Shown piece after piece: positions 1-9,041 of a DNA stretch of 64,000 bases; position 1 is the first letter of the stretch, and every line of letters begins with the position of its first letter. Source of the DNA: Candidatus Peribacteria bacterium (GTDB lineage: Bacteria; Patescibacteriota; Gracilibacteria; Peribacterales; Peribacteraceae); NCBI GenBank assembly GCA_943355155.1, contig CALREJ010000002.1, positions 11,910 through 75,909 of the forward strand. The letters are read 5' to 3'. The position numbers were made by a program, and so were the translations under genes. Under the pieces are notes generated by a model. The model saw only the letters and a program-made list of their open reading frames with translations, searched no databases and had not been told where the DNA came from.

Positions 1-130
1 GGATTTGAAATCGGCGAACATCCCCATCGTCTTTTTAGATGAGCGATATACCACTTCCTCATCCTCTGAGTCAGATGGTGATGCACGTGCAGCGTGTGAA
101 CTTTTGCGGATGAGACTGCAGCGTCTTTGA
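1..130 (+). CDS. C-terminal fragment of a YqgF/RuvX-like putative Holliday junction resolvase (5' end outside the window)
   Basis: The frame starting at nt 2 reads DLKSANIPIVFLDERYTTSSSSESDGDARAACELLRMRLQRL, then TGA at 128-130. The IPIVxxDERxTT block is typical of the YqgF C-terminus. The fragment is too short for the ORF track. Confidence 0.45.
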   Translation, partial: DLKSANIPIVFLDERYTTSSSSESDGDARAACELLRMRLQRL

Positions 131-351
131 TCACATCGAAATCATTTCTCTATCGTAAAATGCATGGGTTTTACATTTTAATAGTTGACAAACTGTAAAA
201 TTCATATATTTTAGTACTCCGCTCTTTATGTATGAATAACCTGACCCACGAGACAACAACCGTGGAAACTAGTCCAGACGAACCAATGGAAGAACTTTTA
301 TACCTGTCAATGTTCTGGTAAAACGAGGGTTGTTCTCTTTTCCCCCGCTCT

Positions 352-1455
352 ATGGCCGACACCTCTTCCACTATCACACCTCAGCAGACATCTGCTACCG
401 CTTCTAAACTCGCGGTTAATTTACAGTCTCTTCTCGATGATCTTTTTATGGTTCTTACGGAGAAGGAGGCGATGGTGATCAAGAAACGTTTCGCCCTTGC
501 GGGTCAACAAAAGCAAACCCTCGAAAAAATCGGAAAACATTTCAAAGTGACACGCGAGCGTATTCGTCAGATCGAAGGAATTGCACTCAGCAAACTTCGC
601 CGCACGGTCCGCACGACAAAACTCAATGACGTCAACGAACTTGCAAAGGGAATTTTGCGCATGAGTGGAGGGGTGATGCGCGAGGACGATTTGATCAGTC
701 AGGTTTTGAAGCGCATGCCAAGTGCGACCGATCTCGATGGCGCAGTGCTCCGACTGTCGTACTCGATCGATACAGAAATGAACACGTCCGGCCACAGCGG
801 CACGTTCCTCCCCTTCTGGAGACTGGAATCTCTCGCAATGGAAGATATTTCCACGATCGTCGAAAACGTGGTGAAGATTCTGAAAAAGCGCAGAAGTTGT
901 ATGAAGAAAGATGAAGTTGTCTCTTCTGTCCATGCGCTGAATCTTTTCAAAGACCGCGTCCCAAGCAAAGAACTCATCAGCAGCTGTCTCTCGATCGATG
1001 AAAGACTGCGCGAAATCGATGAAGGATGGGGACTCACCGAGTGGCGTTTTGTCCGCCCACGTTCCATCCGCGACAAAGTGGAGATTGTTCTCAGAAAATC
1101 CGGCACACCTCTTCACTTCATGGAAATAGCCAACCGCATCCGCGAAGCACGTTTCGACCATAAAAATGTCACAGTGCAGGCAGTTCACAATGAACTCATT
1201 CGCTATCCACAGTTTGTGCTCGTCGGCCGCGGTCTCTACGCACTTCGTGAGTGGGGTTACGAGCCGGGCACTGTCGCAGATGTCATTGAATTAATCCTGA
1301 AGGAAAAGGGTCCACTCAGCAAAAAAGAGATCATCATGGAAGTCGGCAAGCAGCGCACGGTGAAGGTCGGCACTATTTCCCTAAACCTCCAGAAGATGCC
1401 GTATTTCGTCCGTGTGGGTCGTGCGGTGTACTCGTTTGATGAGTCGAAGAAGTGA
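352..1455 (+). CDS. Sigma-70 region-4 HTH protein fused to C-terminal HARE-HTH/winged-helix modules (not a complete sigma factor)
   Basis: The N-terminus, LTEKEAMVIKKRFALAGQQKQTLEKIGKHFKVTRERIRQIEGIALSKLRR, is a classic sigma-70 region 4 and no region 2 is visible. The C-terminus carries two wHTH-like modules: LHFMEIANRIRE...VHNELIRYPQFVLVGRGLYALREWGY and VIELILKEKGPLSKKEII...FVRVGRAVYSF. Confidence 0.6.
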   Translation: MADTSSTITPQQTSATASKLAVNLQSLLDDLFMVLTEKEAMVIKKRFALAGQQKQTLEKIGKHFKVTRERIRQIEGIALSKLRRTVRTTKLNDVNELAKGILRMSGGVMREDDLISQVLKRMPSATDLDGAVLRLSYSIDTEMNTSGHSGTFLPFWRLESLAMEDISTIVENVVKILKKRRSCMKKDEVVSSVHALNLFKDRVPSKELISSCLSIDERLREIDEGWGLTEWRFVRPRSIRDKVEIVLRKSGTPLHFMEIANRIREARFDHKNVTVQAVHNELIRYPQFVLVGRGLYALREWGYEPGTVADVIELILKEKGPLSKKEIIMEVGKQRTVKVGTISLNLQKMPYFVRVGRAVYSFDESKK

Positions 1456-1456
1456 G

Positions 1457-1491
1457 AAAAATGTAGAATGTAGAATTTAAAATGAAAAATG
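1457..1491. repeat. Five tandem heptamers (AAAAATG TAGAATG TAGAATT TAAAATG AAAAATG)
   Basis: Read directly from the DNA immediately after the TGA stop at 1453-1455. TAG/TAG/TAA spaced 7 nt apart give stops in all three frames. Confidence 0.8.
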
Positions 1492-1530
1492 TCACCCTGT
1501 GGAGCGCCAGAGCGCGTCTCGAAGGGCGGC
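1491..1530. repeat. Dispersed intergenic repeat, copy A (GTCAcCCTGtGGAGCGCcAGAGCGCGTCTCGAAG)
   Basis: About 32 of 37 positions match 31612-31650 when aligned by eye. Confidence 0.7.
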
Positions 1531-1572
1531 ATTTTTGTTGTGCTTTCCATCAATCATTGTCACAATGAGTTT

Positions 1573-2409
1573 ATGAAATCCTCATTAATACGTACCGGAA
1601 TCGTTGCATCAATCTCATTGTGCTTTTTCCTTACTGCTTGCGGAAAAACTCCGGTCGTAGAATTGCCAACCGGTCTACAAACCCTCTCCGGTTCTCTTTC
1701 TGCAGTCGAGCTTTCCCTCACCCGTCGCGGCACGCATATTCTTCGTCAGCACGGTGATGATCTTTATTATGTTGAAAGCAGTACGGTGAATCTTCGCGAG
1801 TTTGAGGGGATGGATGTGCTTTTGAAGGGAATGCTTCAAAAAAATACGGAAGATACAGATCTCCCCGTTCTGGTTGCAGACAATATTAGATTGATCGAAG
1901 AACCATCGCATGTGTGGACTGTGAATGTGCTCAGCATGAAACTCAGTGCGCCGCTCACGTGGAACGCATCACTTTTCAGCGATGGCATTCGATTTACAGC
2001 GACAGGATCGCCGATTTCTCTTGTGAAGCTTGTGCGTTCGTCGCTGGAACAGCTTCCCTCGGGAACTCCTCTTGTGGTTGGTGGCAAGCAGGCGGTGCGA
2101 CTTGATACGGCATCTGGTCAGGTGATTTATGTGCAGAATGCCAAAGATATCATCGCGATTTCCATCGATTCTTCTTTGAGCGGTGCAAAGGGAAAACAGC
2201 CGGCACAGAGTGTGGTGCGACTCCTTACATCGATTGTGTTTACCAATGCTCCGTCGGGGAGTGGTTCGTATGCATCACAAAGCGGAAGTGCGCCATCTGG
2301 CGGCATGGCGTGTGGCGGGGTTGCAGGAATTTTATGTCCGTCCGGAAGCTTTTGTAACATCACAGATAAGGCTTCGGGAATAGGCGTTTGTATGTTCTTA
2401 CAACCCTAA
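1573..2409 (+). CDS. Putative lipoprotein, function unknown
   Basis: The internal ATG gives [25 protein letters not shown], a signal peptide plus an L-T-A-C lipobox. The C-terminus is Cys-rich. The upstream part of the tracked ORF is repeat DNA. Confidence 0.55.
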   Translation: MKSSLIRTGIVASISLCFFLTACGKTPVVELPTGLQTLSGSLSAVELSLTRRGTHILRQHGDDLYYVESSTVNLREFEGMDVLLKGMLQKNTEDTDLPVLVADNIRLIEEPSHVWTVNVLSMKLSAPLTWNASLFSDGIRFTATGSPISLVKLVRSSLEQLPSGTPLVVGGKQAVRLDTASGQVIYVQNAKDIIAISIDSSLSGAKGKQPAQSVVRLLTSIVFTNAPSGSGSYASQSGSAPSGGMACGGVAGILCPSGSFCNITDKASGIGVCMFLQP

Positions 2410-2469
2410 GAACAGTAGGTGTACTTTCATACACCACCACTTCTTAAAACTCTTCGCAAGTGAAGTTTC

Positions 2470-2497
2470 TTGCATTGAATATTTCCTTGCGTACTAT
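2470..2497 (+). promoter_or_regulatory. Candidate sigma-70-type promoter for recA (TTGCAT-16 nt-TACTAT)
   Basis: Hexamers read at 2470-2475 and 2492-2497. The position makes the tracked GTG start at 2501 unlikely. Confidence 0.35.
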
Positions 2498-2545
2498 CGG
2501 GTGCACATTCGTGTACCTCATTTTTATCTTCTTCCCCTAGCACGT

Positions 2546-3661
2546 ATGATCAAGTCATCTACTTCTTCCGCAACCGCCATTATGGATACCACTTCACAGA
2601 AGGGAAAACAGATTCCTGCAATCGTTCCGGTTAAAAAAACACCCAATTCACCGGATAGTCTGAAACTCGCTGCGATTCAAAATGCACTCGCGCAGATCAA
2701 GAAAGAATACGGTGAAGGGTCGATTATGCAGCTTGGCGATCATGCACCGACCGCCATTGCAAAGTGGCCGTCCGGATCACTCTCACTCGATCTCGCTCTC
2801 GGCGGCGGCATTCCTGTTGGGCGCATTATCGAAGTCTTTGGTCCGGAATCTTCCGGAAAAACGACACTTGCTCTTCATGCCATTGCAGAAGTGCAGAAGA
2901 AAGGAGGACGTGCGGCATTTATCGATGCAGAGCACGCACTCGATCTTACGTATGCAAAGAAAATCGGTGTTGATATCGATTCCCTGCTTGTTTCTCAGCC
3001 CGATGACGGTGAGCAGGCACTTGCCATTACCGAAACACTTGTTCGTTCGGGTGGGATCGATCTCATTGTCATCGACTCCGTTGCAGCGCTGACCCCACGA
3101 GCAGAAATCGAAGGAAATATGGGAGATAGTCACATGGGACTTCAGGCGAGGCTCATGAGTCAGGCTCTTCGCAAGCTCACAGGAATTGTCAGTAAAACAA
3201 ACTGCACCGTTATTTTCATCAATCAGATTCGAATGAAAATCGGTGTGATGTTTGGTAATCCGGAGACTACGACAGGTGGCAATGCGCTCAAGTTCTACGC
3301 ATCACTTCGTCTCGATGTTCGACGTATTGATAAAATTTTAGAGAAAACGGGCGACGGTCCGGAAGGTCAGGAAATTGTCGGAAACAGGACACGTGTTAAA
3401 GTGGTGAAGAATAAAGTTGCACCACCGTTTAGACAGGCTGAATTTGATATTCTTTACGCACGCGGTATCAGTAAAGAGGGCGATATTCTTGATCTTGGAT
3501 TGAAGTTCGGGGTTCTCGAGAAATCCGGTGCGTACCTTCGTCATGGTGAAGAGACCATTGGCCAGGGTCGCGAACAGGCGAGGCAATTCCTTATCCAAAA
3601 CCCGAAAGTGGCACTGCAACTCGAGAAAGAAATTCTTGAAAAGGCTAATCAAGTGTCATAA
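2546..3661 (+). CDS. recA: Recombinase RecA
   Basis: Walker [13 protein letters not shown], plus the conserved blocks [18 protein letters not shown] and [12 protein letters not shown]. It has an N-terminal extension, and the start could be ATG 2546 or ATG 2582. Confidence 0.95.
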   Translation: MIKSSTSSATAIMDTTSQKGKQIPAIVPVKKTPNSPDSLKLAAIQNALAQIKKEYGEGSIMQLGDHAPTAIAKWPSGSLSLDLALGGGIPVGRIIEVFGPESSGKTTLALHAIAEVQKKGGRAAFIDAEHALDLTYAKKIGVDIDSLLVSQPDDGEQALAITETLVRSGGIDLIVIDSVAALTPRAEIEGNMGDSHMGLQARLMSQALRKLTGIVSKTNCTVIFINQIRMKIGVMFGNPETTTGGNALKFYASLRLDVRRIDKILEKTGDGPEGQEIVGNRTRVKVVKNKVAPPFRQAEFDILYARGISKEGDILDLGLKFGVLEKSGAYLRHGEETIGQGREQARQFLIQNPKVALQLEKEILEKANQVS

Positions 3662-3813
3662 TTCTTTGCACATCTTTTACACATGTTTTCCACACTGTCC
3701 CGATCATTCCTTATAGCGGAATAGTCGGGCTTTGTGGCAAGTGGGAGTGAGTTGTGACTTTGGGCTCCGGCGTTACAATGACTGGCCGCTCTAAAAATTC
3801 TTTCATTGTCTCT

Positions 3814-5172
3814 ATGGCTACTCCCCCGACTATGTTCGACGCTCCTCCGCATTCTCCCGAAGCGGAAAAAACAGTGCTCGGAGCATTACTGCTCGATCCG
3901 GAGGCAATTGTTAAGGTTTCTGATTTTTTAAAGCCGGAGGATTTTTATGATCCCACCTACCGCGACATTTTCCGCGCAATCTATGAACTGTACGTAGGCC
4001 ACGAACCCATCGATTTCGTGACAGTGTCGAATAAACTTGCAGATAATAAAAATGTGCAGGCGATAGGTGGTACTGCATTTCTTGCAGAAATTGCTGCCGC
4101 AGTTCCAACGTCGTCGCACGTCTATCAATACGGTCAGATTGTGAAGTCAAAGTCTGTGCATAGAAGCATTATTGAGGCAGGACGAAAAATTACGGGACTT
4201 GGATTTGAAGTGGAAAAGACAATTCCTGAATTACTGGACGAAGTTGAAAAGACCGTGTTTCAAATCACTAATACGTTTCTCAAGGAAAAATTTATTCATC
4301 TTCGCGATATTCTCGACGAGAGGTACGAAAAATTTGCTGAATTGCACGCATCTCCAGACGACAACAGCATGAAAGGCGTGCCAACGGGATTTCAGGCTCT
4401 GGATTTGAAAATCTCTGGATTACAGCCTAGCGATCTCGTTATTCTCGCCGCACGTCCGAGCATGGGAAAAACAAGTTTGGCGATGAATATTGCCGTGAAT
4501 GCTGCTATTCGCAGTCACAAAACGGTCGGCATTTTTTCACTGGAAATGAGCAAGGAGCAATTAGTCGATCGCTTGTTTGCGTCGATGCTCGGAGTCGATT
4601 CGTGGAAACTGCAGCGCGGAAAACTCGATGACAGTGATTTCCAGAATATGGGACCCATCATGGATGAACTGAGCAAAGCCAATATTTTTATTGACGATAC
4701 ATCTGCTTCCTCTATGCCGGAGTTTCGCACAAAGGCTCGAAGGTTGCAGATGGAGCACGGACTCGATCTTCTGGTGATCGACTACCTGCAGCTCATGACA
4801 ACGAACAATGCGAGTTTTGCGGGAAATCGCGTTCAAGAAATTTCTGAAATTTCGAGAACCATTAAGCAAATCGCCCGTGAACTCCATGTCCCGATTCTCG
4901 CGTTGTCACAGCTTTCCCGTGCCGTCGAGTCTCGTCCCGATAAAAGCCCGCAACTTTCCGATCTTCGTGAGTCCGGTTCTATCGAGCAGGATGCGGATAT
5001 CGTCATGATGCTTTACCGCGATGATTACTATAACGAAGATTCCGACAGACAGGGAATCTGTGACGTGTTTATACGAAAGCATCGAAATGGTCCGACAGGT
5101 CGTGTTGAATTACTGTTCAAAAAAGAGCAGATGCGTTTTTATGATATTGATAAGACACACGGGAATGGGTGA
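3814..5172 (+). CDS. dnaB: Replicative DNA helicase DnaB
   Basis: PHSPEAEKTVLGALLLDPEA (DnaB N-domain), Walker A AARPSMGKTSLA, DYLQLM, and SQLSRAVESR. The start is ambiguous: 3754 GTG, 3778 or 3814. Confidence 0.9.
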   Translation: MATPPTMFDAPPHSPEAEKTVLGALLLDPEAIVKVSDFLKPEDFYDPTYRDIFRAIYELYVGHEPIDFVTVSNKLADNKNVQAIGGTAFLAEIAAAVPTSSHVYQYGQIVKSKSVHRSIIEAGRKITGLGFEVEKTIPELLDEVEKTVFQITNTFLKEKFIHLRDILDERYEKFAELHASPDDNSMKGVPTGFQALDLKISGLQPSDLVILAARPSMGKTSLAMNIAVNAAIRSHKTVGIFSLEMSKEQLVDRLFASMLGVDSWKLQRGKLDDSDFQNMGPIMDELSKANIFIDDTSASSMPEFRTKARRLQMEHGLDLLVIDYLQLMTTNNASFAGNRVQEISEISRTIKQIARELHVPILALSQLSRAVESRPDKSPQLSDLRESGSIEQDADIVMMLYRDDYYNEDSDRQGICDVFIRKHRNGPTGRVELLFKKEQMRFYDIDKTHGNG

Positions 5173-5291
5173 CGAAGAAGACAACGAGTACGAAGAAAAC
5201 AAAGATAAGTCTTTTCCTTGCAATCCTCGTTTTCCTTGTCTTCTTCGCCTTCCTCGTCTTCCCCAAGTCATGTAATCTTCCCCTGCTTCCT

Positions 5292-6614
5292 ATGACTCCC
5301 CCCGCAGTTTCAGCAGTAGTACGCCCGGAAATTTCTCTACTCGGCATTTTGGGTTATGCACTTGTTGCGTTTGCCGTAGTACTTGTTCTGACACCGTGGT
5401 TTGTGTCTTTTTTACGAAAGAATAATGTGGGAAAGCAACTGCGCGTCGAAACGGTCGATGGCAAAGATCCGACGATTTTTCGTACCTATCACCAGAATAA
5501 ATTTGGCACACCGACGATGGGGGGCGTGCTGATCTGGGGCTCTATTTTTCTCACTGTCTTTTTCTCCCGCATTCTTGCGGCATTGAATCTCGTCGATCAT
5601 TCGCTGTATCAACGTGGGCAAGTGTACCTCCCGCTTTTTGTGCTCTTCACACTCGGTATTCTGGGTGCACTTGATGATTATATGAATATTGTCAGTAGCG
5701 ATGATGCTCGGATGCTGAGTGCAATGCGAAAAATCAAAAAGGCTGTCTTGGCGAGTGCCGTTTTCCTCGTTCCAGTCGGTCTGTACTTTCTTGTCGGTTA
5801 CCTGAAATCTCCTCCCACACAGACAACGATCAGTCTGAATGCGGGTCTCGTTGGTGTGATGGTGTGGTATGCATTTTTTCTGCTTATCATGATTCTTTTT
5901 GTCTTAAGCGGAGCGGTTCTTGAAGATTGGCTGCGTCGGGTACTCTTCGGAAAAAAGAAAACCGGTGGTCTCGGCACACTTCCAAAACTACTCTCACTTC
6001 TCGTGCTTAGCTTCATCGGAGCACTGTGGTTTTACTACAAACTTGATATCAGCTCGATCCATGTTCCTTACTACGGTCAGGTGCATTTGGGTCTGTGGTA
6101 CATTCCCCTCTTTGTCTTCATCGTTGTCGGTACTTCCAACGCCGTGAACTTCACGGACGGTCTCGATGGCCTCGCCGGTGGATTACTTGTCATCGCTTTC
6201 AGCGCATTTGGCGTCCTCGCGTACGTGCAAGGCCTCTTCATTCTCTCAGCCTTCTGCGCAGTGTGTGGCGGAGCCATTGCTGCGTTCCTTTGGCACAACG
6301 TTCCGCCTGCACTTTTCTTTATGGGCGATACCGGGTCATTGGCACTTGGCGGAACACTCGCCGTCATTGCGATGATGATTGATCAGGCTCTGATTCTTCC
6401 ACTCGTCGGTTTCGTCTTCGTTATCGAAATGCTTTCTGTGATCATTCAGCTTACAAGCAAGAAACTCCGAAAAGGCAAAAAGGTCTTCCGCGCTGCACCC
6501 ATTCATCACCACTTCGAAGCACTTGGCTGGGGCGAAAGCAAAGTGACGATGCGTATGTGGATTGTCGGAGGCTTTATGGCGTTGCTTGGAGTTATCGTCG
6601 GACTTGCCGCTTGA
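5292..6614 (+). CDS. mraY: Phospho-N-acetylmuramoyl-pentapeptide transferase MraY, with an internal two-helix insertion
   Basis: Motifs GTPTMGG, LDDY, NAVNFTDGLDGLAGG, FMGDTGSLALGG and APIHHHFE. The start is either GTG 5169 (4-nt overlap with dnaB) or ATG 5292. Confidence 0.9.
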   Translation: MTPPAVSAVVRPEISLLGILGYALVAFAVVLVLTPWFVSFLRKNNVGKQLRVETVDGKDPTIFRTYHQNKFGTPTMGGVLIWGSIFLTVFFSRILAALNLVDHSLYQRGQVYLPLFVLFTLGILGALDDYMNIVSSDDARMLSAMRKIKKAVLASAVFLVPVGLYFLVGYLKSPPTQTTISLNAGLVGVMVWYAFFLLIMILFVLSGAVLEDWLRRVLFGKKKTGGLGTLPKLLSLLVLSFIGALWFYYKLDISSIHVPYYGQVHLGLWYIPLFVFIVVGTSNAVNFTDGLDGLAGGLLVIAFSAFGVLAYVQGLFILSAFCAVCGGAIAAFLWHNVPPALFFMGDTGSLALGGTLAVIAMMIDQALILPLVGFVFVIEMLSVIIQLTSKKLRKGKKVFRAAPIHHHFEALGWGESKVTMRMWIVGGFMALLGVIVGLAA

Positions 6615-6649
6615 TCTTCTTGCGCAACGTTTCAAAGCTATCGTATGAT

Positions 6650-7687
6650 ATGGTCATGCTACGCGTGGCGATCAACGGGTATGGACGCATCGGTCGTCTG
6701 GTACACAGACAATTCATTCAGTTTTTCAAAGATGAGGTGGAGGTAGTGGCCATCAATGCTTCGTCAGATGTCGACATGCGGGCGTATCTTTTGAAATACG
6801 ATTCACTTCATCACAGACTACAGGCAGATGTGTCGATTGACGGGCCGGATTTACTGGTGAATGGGAAAAAAGTGCGTGTTATCAAAGAGCGTGATCCTGC
6901 AAAGTGCCCGTGGAAGGAATTGGGTGTTGATATTGTTGTCGAGTCGACCGGAAATTTTGATACAAAAGAGGAAGTGCAGCCGCATTTGGATGCAGGAGCA
7001 AAAAGAGTGATTGTGACCGCTCCGATGAAGGACGATACTCCGATGTTCGTGAAGGGTGTGAATGATCACACACTGACTGCCGATATGCATATTATTTCCA
7101 ATGCATCGTGTACGACGAACTGTATTGCTCCCGTGATTATGCTGATGGATCAACTGTATGGCATCGAGTATCTGCTCGTAAGTTCCGTGCATGCATTCAC
7201 TGCGACCCAAAATCTTCTTGATAACAAATCGAAAGAGAGCGGAGAATTGCGGAGAGCGCGGGCTGCGACTCTCTCGATTATTCCCACAAAGACAGGAGCA
7301 GTAAAGGCTTGTGCAGCGATTTTTCCCCATCTCAAAGGCAAGATCGACGGCATGGCATTTCGCGTTCCTGTGCCGACGGTGAGTTGTGCGTACATGGCAT
7401 TTACAGTGAAGAAAGACGCGAACGTCGATGAGATTCATGCACATTTTGAACAAGCCGCATCCACTCCTCCTTTTAGTAATATTTTACAAGTGTCTCATGA
7501 TCAGTGTGTGTCTATTGATTTTCAGACAGACCCACATTCCTCGATCATCGATGCCCCTTCGACCAAGGTGGTTGGTGGGCGCGCGGTACAATTACTCAGT
7601 TGGTATGACAATGAATGGGGATACGCGATGCGCGTGTCGGAAATGACTGTCCGTATTGGCGAACTTCTTTCTCCCAAAAATCTATGA
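6650..7687 (+). CDS. gap: Glyceraldehyde-3-phosphate dehydrogenase
   Basis: VAINGYGRIGR Rossmann motif, active-site SNASCTTNC, and C-terminal WYDNEWGY. Confidence 0.92.
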   Translation: MVMLRVAINGYGRIGRLVHRQFIQFFKDEVEVVAINASSDVDMRAYLLKYDSLHHRLQADVSIDGPDLLVNGKKVRVIKERDPAKCPWKELGVDIVVESTGNFDTKEEVQPHLDAGAKRVIVTAPMKDDTPMFVKGVNDHTLTADMHIISNASCTTNCIAPVIMLMDQLYGIEYLLVSSVHAFTATQNLLDNKSKESGELRRARAATLSIIPTKTGAVKACAAIFPHLKGKIDGMAFRVPVPTVSCAYMAFTVKKDANVDEIHAHFEQAASTPPFSNILQVSHDQCVSIDFQTDPHSSIIDAPSTKVVGGRAVQLLSWYDNEWGYAMRVSEMTVRIGELLSPKNL

Positions 7688-8637
7688 ATATTGCAGTAGC
7701 ACAAAATACACCGCGTCAGATTTCTCTTAATTCACATTTGTTTCATCGCGGTAATGCGCCTGATTCGTTGAGACATTTGATTGTAGATATCTCCCGTGCT
7801 GCAAAGTATATTCAAAATGCAATTCGCACGACAGATACAGGACTTGCTGGGTCCAGTAATCAATTTGGGGAAGAGCAGGTGAAGCTCGATGTTCTGAGTG
7901 ATGACATTATTCAGCATCACCTCAGTGAGAGTCGCCTTGTAGCAAGTTATATTTCTGAGGAACAAAGTGAAGTCATTCAGCTCGATTCCCGCGCACCGTA
8001 TTCCGTTGTCTTTGATCCACTCGACGGTTCATCACTTCTCGACGCAAACTTTGCGATTGGTTCTATTTTCGGTATCTATGAAGGAAGTGATGTGATCGGA
8101 AAAAAGCCCGCTGAACAGATTGCGGCACTGTATGTTCTCTATGGACCGCGCACAACACTCACGTATACGACAGGAAGTTCCGTTCATGAATTTTTGCTAA
8201 ATGATGTTGGTGAATTTATTCTGCTTCGTGAGTTTATTGGTGTTGCGGACATTGCGAAAAATTATAGCCCTGGAAATTTGCGTGCGGTACAGGAAAATTC
8301 CGCGTACCGTTCTCTTCTGAATACGTGGCTCGACAGTGATCAGACCCTTCGATATTCCGGTTGTATGACCGCAGATGTGCATCATATTTTTGCGAAAGGT
8401 CAGGGAATTTTCAGCAATGTCGGCGGCAAAAAATATCCCGAAGGAAAACTTCGTTTGGTGTTTGAGTGCGGACCACTCGCATTTCTCATGGAACAGGCGG
8501 GAGGGAGTGCGTCCGATGGCACGATACGCATTCTTGATAAAGTCATAGAGAAGATCGATCAACGAACGCCGGTCATCATTGGTTCTAAAACAGACGTCCA
8601 AAAAGCATGTGAACGACTGCAGAATCCCCTTCTGTAG
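7684..8637 (+). CDS. fbp: Fructose-1,6-bisphosphatase, class I
   Basis: GEEQVKLDVLSDD, FDPLDGSS and GKLRLVFECGPLAFLMEQAGG. The ATG overlaps the gap stop (ATGA at 7684-7687). Confidence 0.9.
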   Translation: MNIAVAQNTPRQISLNSHLFHRGNAPDSLRHLIVDISRAAKYIQNAIRTTDTGLAGSSNQFGEEQVKLDVLSDDIIQHHLSESRLVASYISEEQSEVIQLDSRAPYSVVFDPLDGSSLLDANFAIGSIFGIYEGSDVIGKKPAEQIAALYVLYGPRTTLTYTTGSSVHEFLLNDVGEFILLREFIGVADIAKNYSPGNLRAVQENSAYRSLLNTWLDSDQTLRYSGCMTADVHHIFAKGQGIFSNVGGKKYPEGKLRLVFECGPLAFLMEQAGGSASDGTIRILDKVIEKIDQRTPVIIGSKTDVQKACERLQNPLL

Positions 8638-8644
8638 GATCATT

Positions 8645-8989
8645 TTAATCCCAGAATGGTTCCTTGACTGCCTTCTCAATCACTTCATCAAGTGTCTTAT
8701 TAGATTCTTCTTTTGGAACTTTTCCTTCGAGTTTATAGATCCGTTTCATTGAGCGATAGGTTCCCCACGGATAAAAACGCTGACGCTGCACACGTCTTTT
8801 GCCCTTTTCCTCATCTTTCGCGCCTTCAACCGGATCGTCTGCGGGTACTTCTGCAGCGGGAATAGGCAGTGGTTTTGATTTTCCATTTGGCAGAAACTCG
8901 ACCCGCCCCACGACAATTTTTAATTTCGGATCCACGTAGACCAAATCGTCATCTTTGTAAGCCGGAGGAGTGACATCCGTATCAGTCAT
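8645..8989 (-). CDS. Hypothetical protein (114 aa)
   Basis: The ORF fills a clean gap between flanking genes. I recognise no motif. Confidence 0.45.
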   Translation of the reverse strand: MTDTDVTPPAYKDDDLVYVDPKLKIVVGRVEFLPNGKSKPLPIPAAEVPADDPVEGAKDEEKGKRRVQRQRFYPWGTYRSMKRIYKLEGKVPKEESNKTLDEVIEKAVKEPFWD

Positions 8990-9041
8990 CAGCGATATAC
9001 TACCGCAAAATCAATCCATCTGCAGCCCAAATTCTCTTTTT

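Noticed and set aside
185-210. TTGACA ... TATATT promoter upstream of the first gene
   Set aside because: The -35 hexamer is perfect, but the spacer to TATATT is only 14 nt and the alternative -10 hexamers are poor. The evidence is not strong enough to list it as a feature.
171-377. 68-aa minus-strand ORF in the first intergenic region
   Set aside because: It overlaps the start of the sigma-r4 gene and an AT-rich promoter-like region. There is no supporting feature.
421-1188. 255-aa minus-strand ORF (and a 135-aa one) inside the sigma-r4/HARE-HTH gene
   Set aside because: It is fully antisense to a gene with clear conserved motifs. Its own sequence has no motif and looks low in complexity. 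It is a shadow ORF.
2501-2545. GTG 2501 as the recA start
   Set aside because: It lies 4 nt after the candidate -10 hexamer, and the encoded [15 protein letters not shown] has no RecA counterpart. An internal ATG (2546 or 2582) is preferred.
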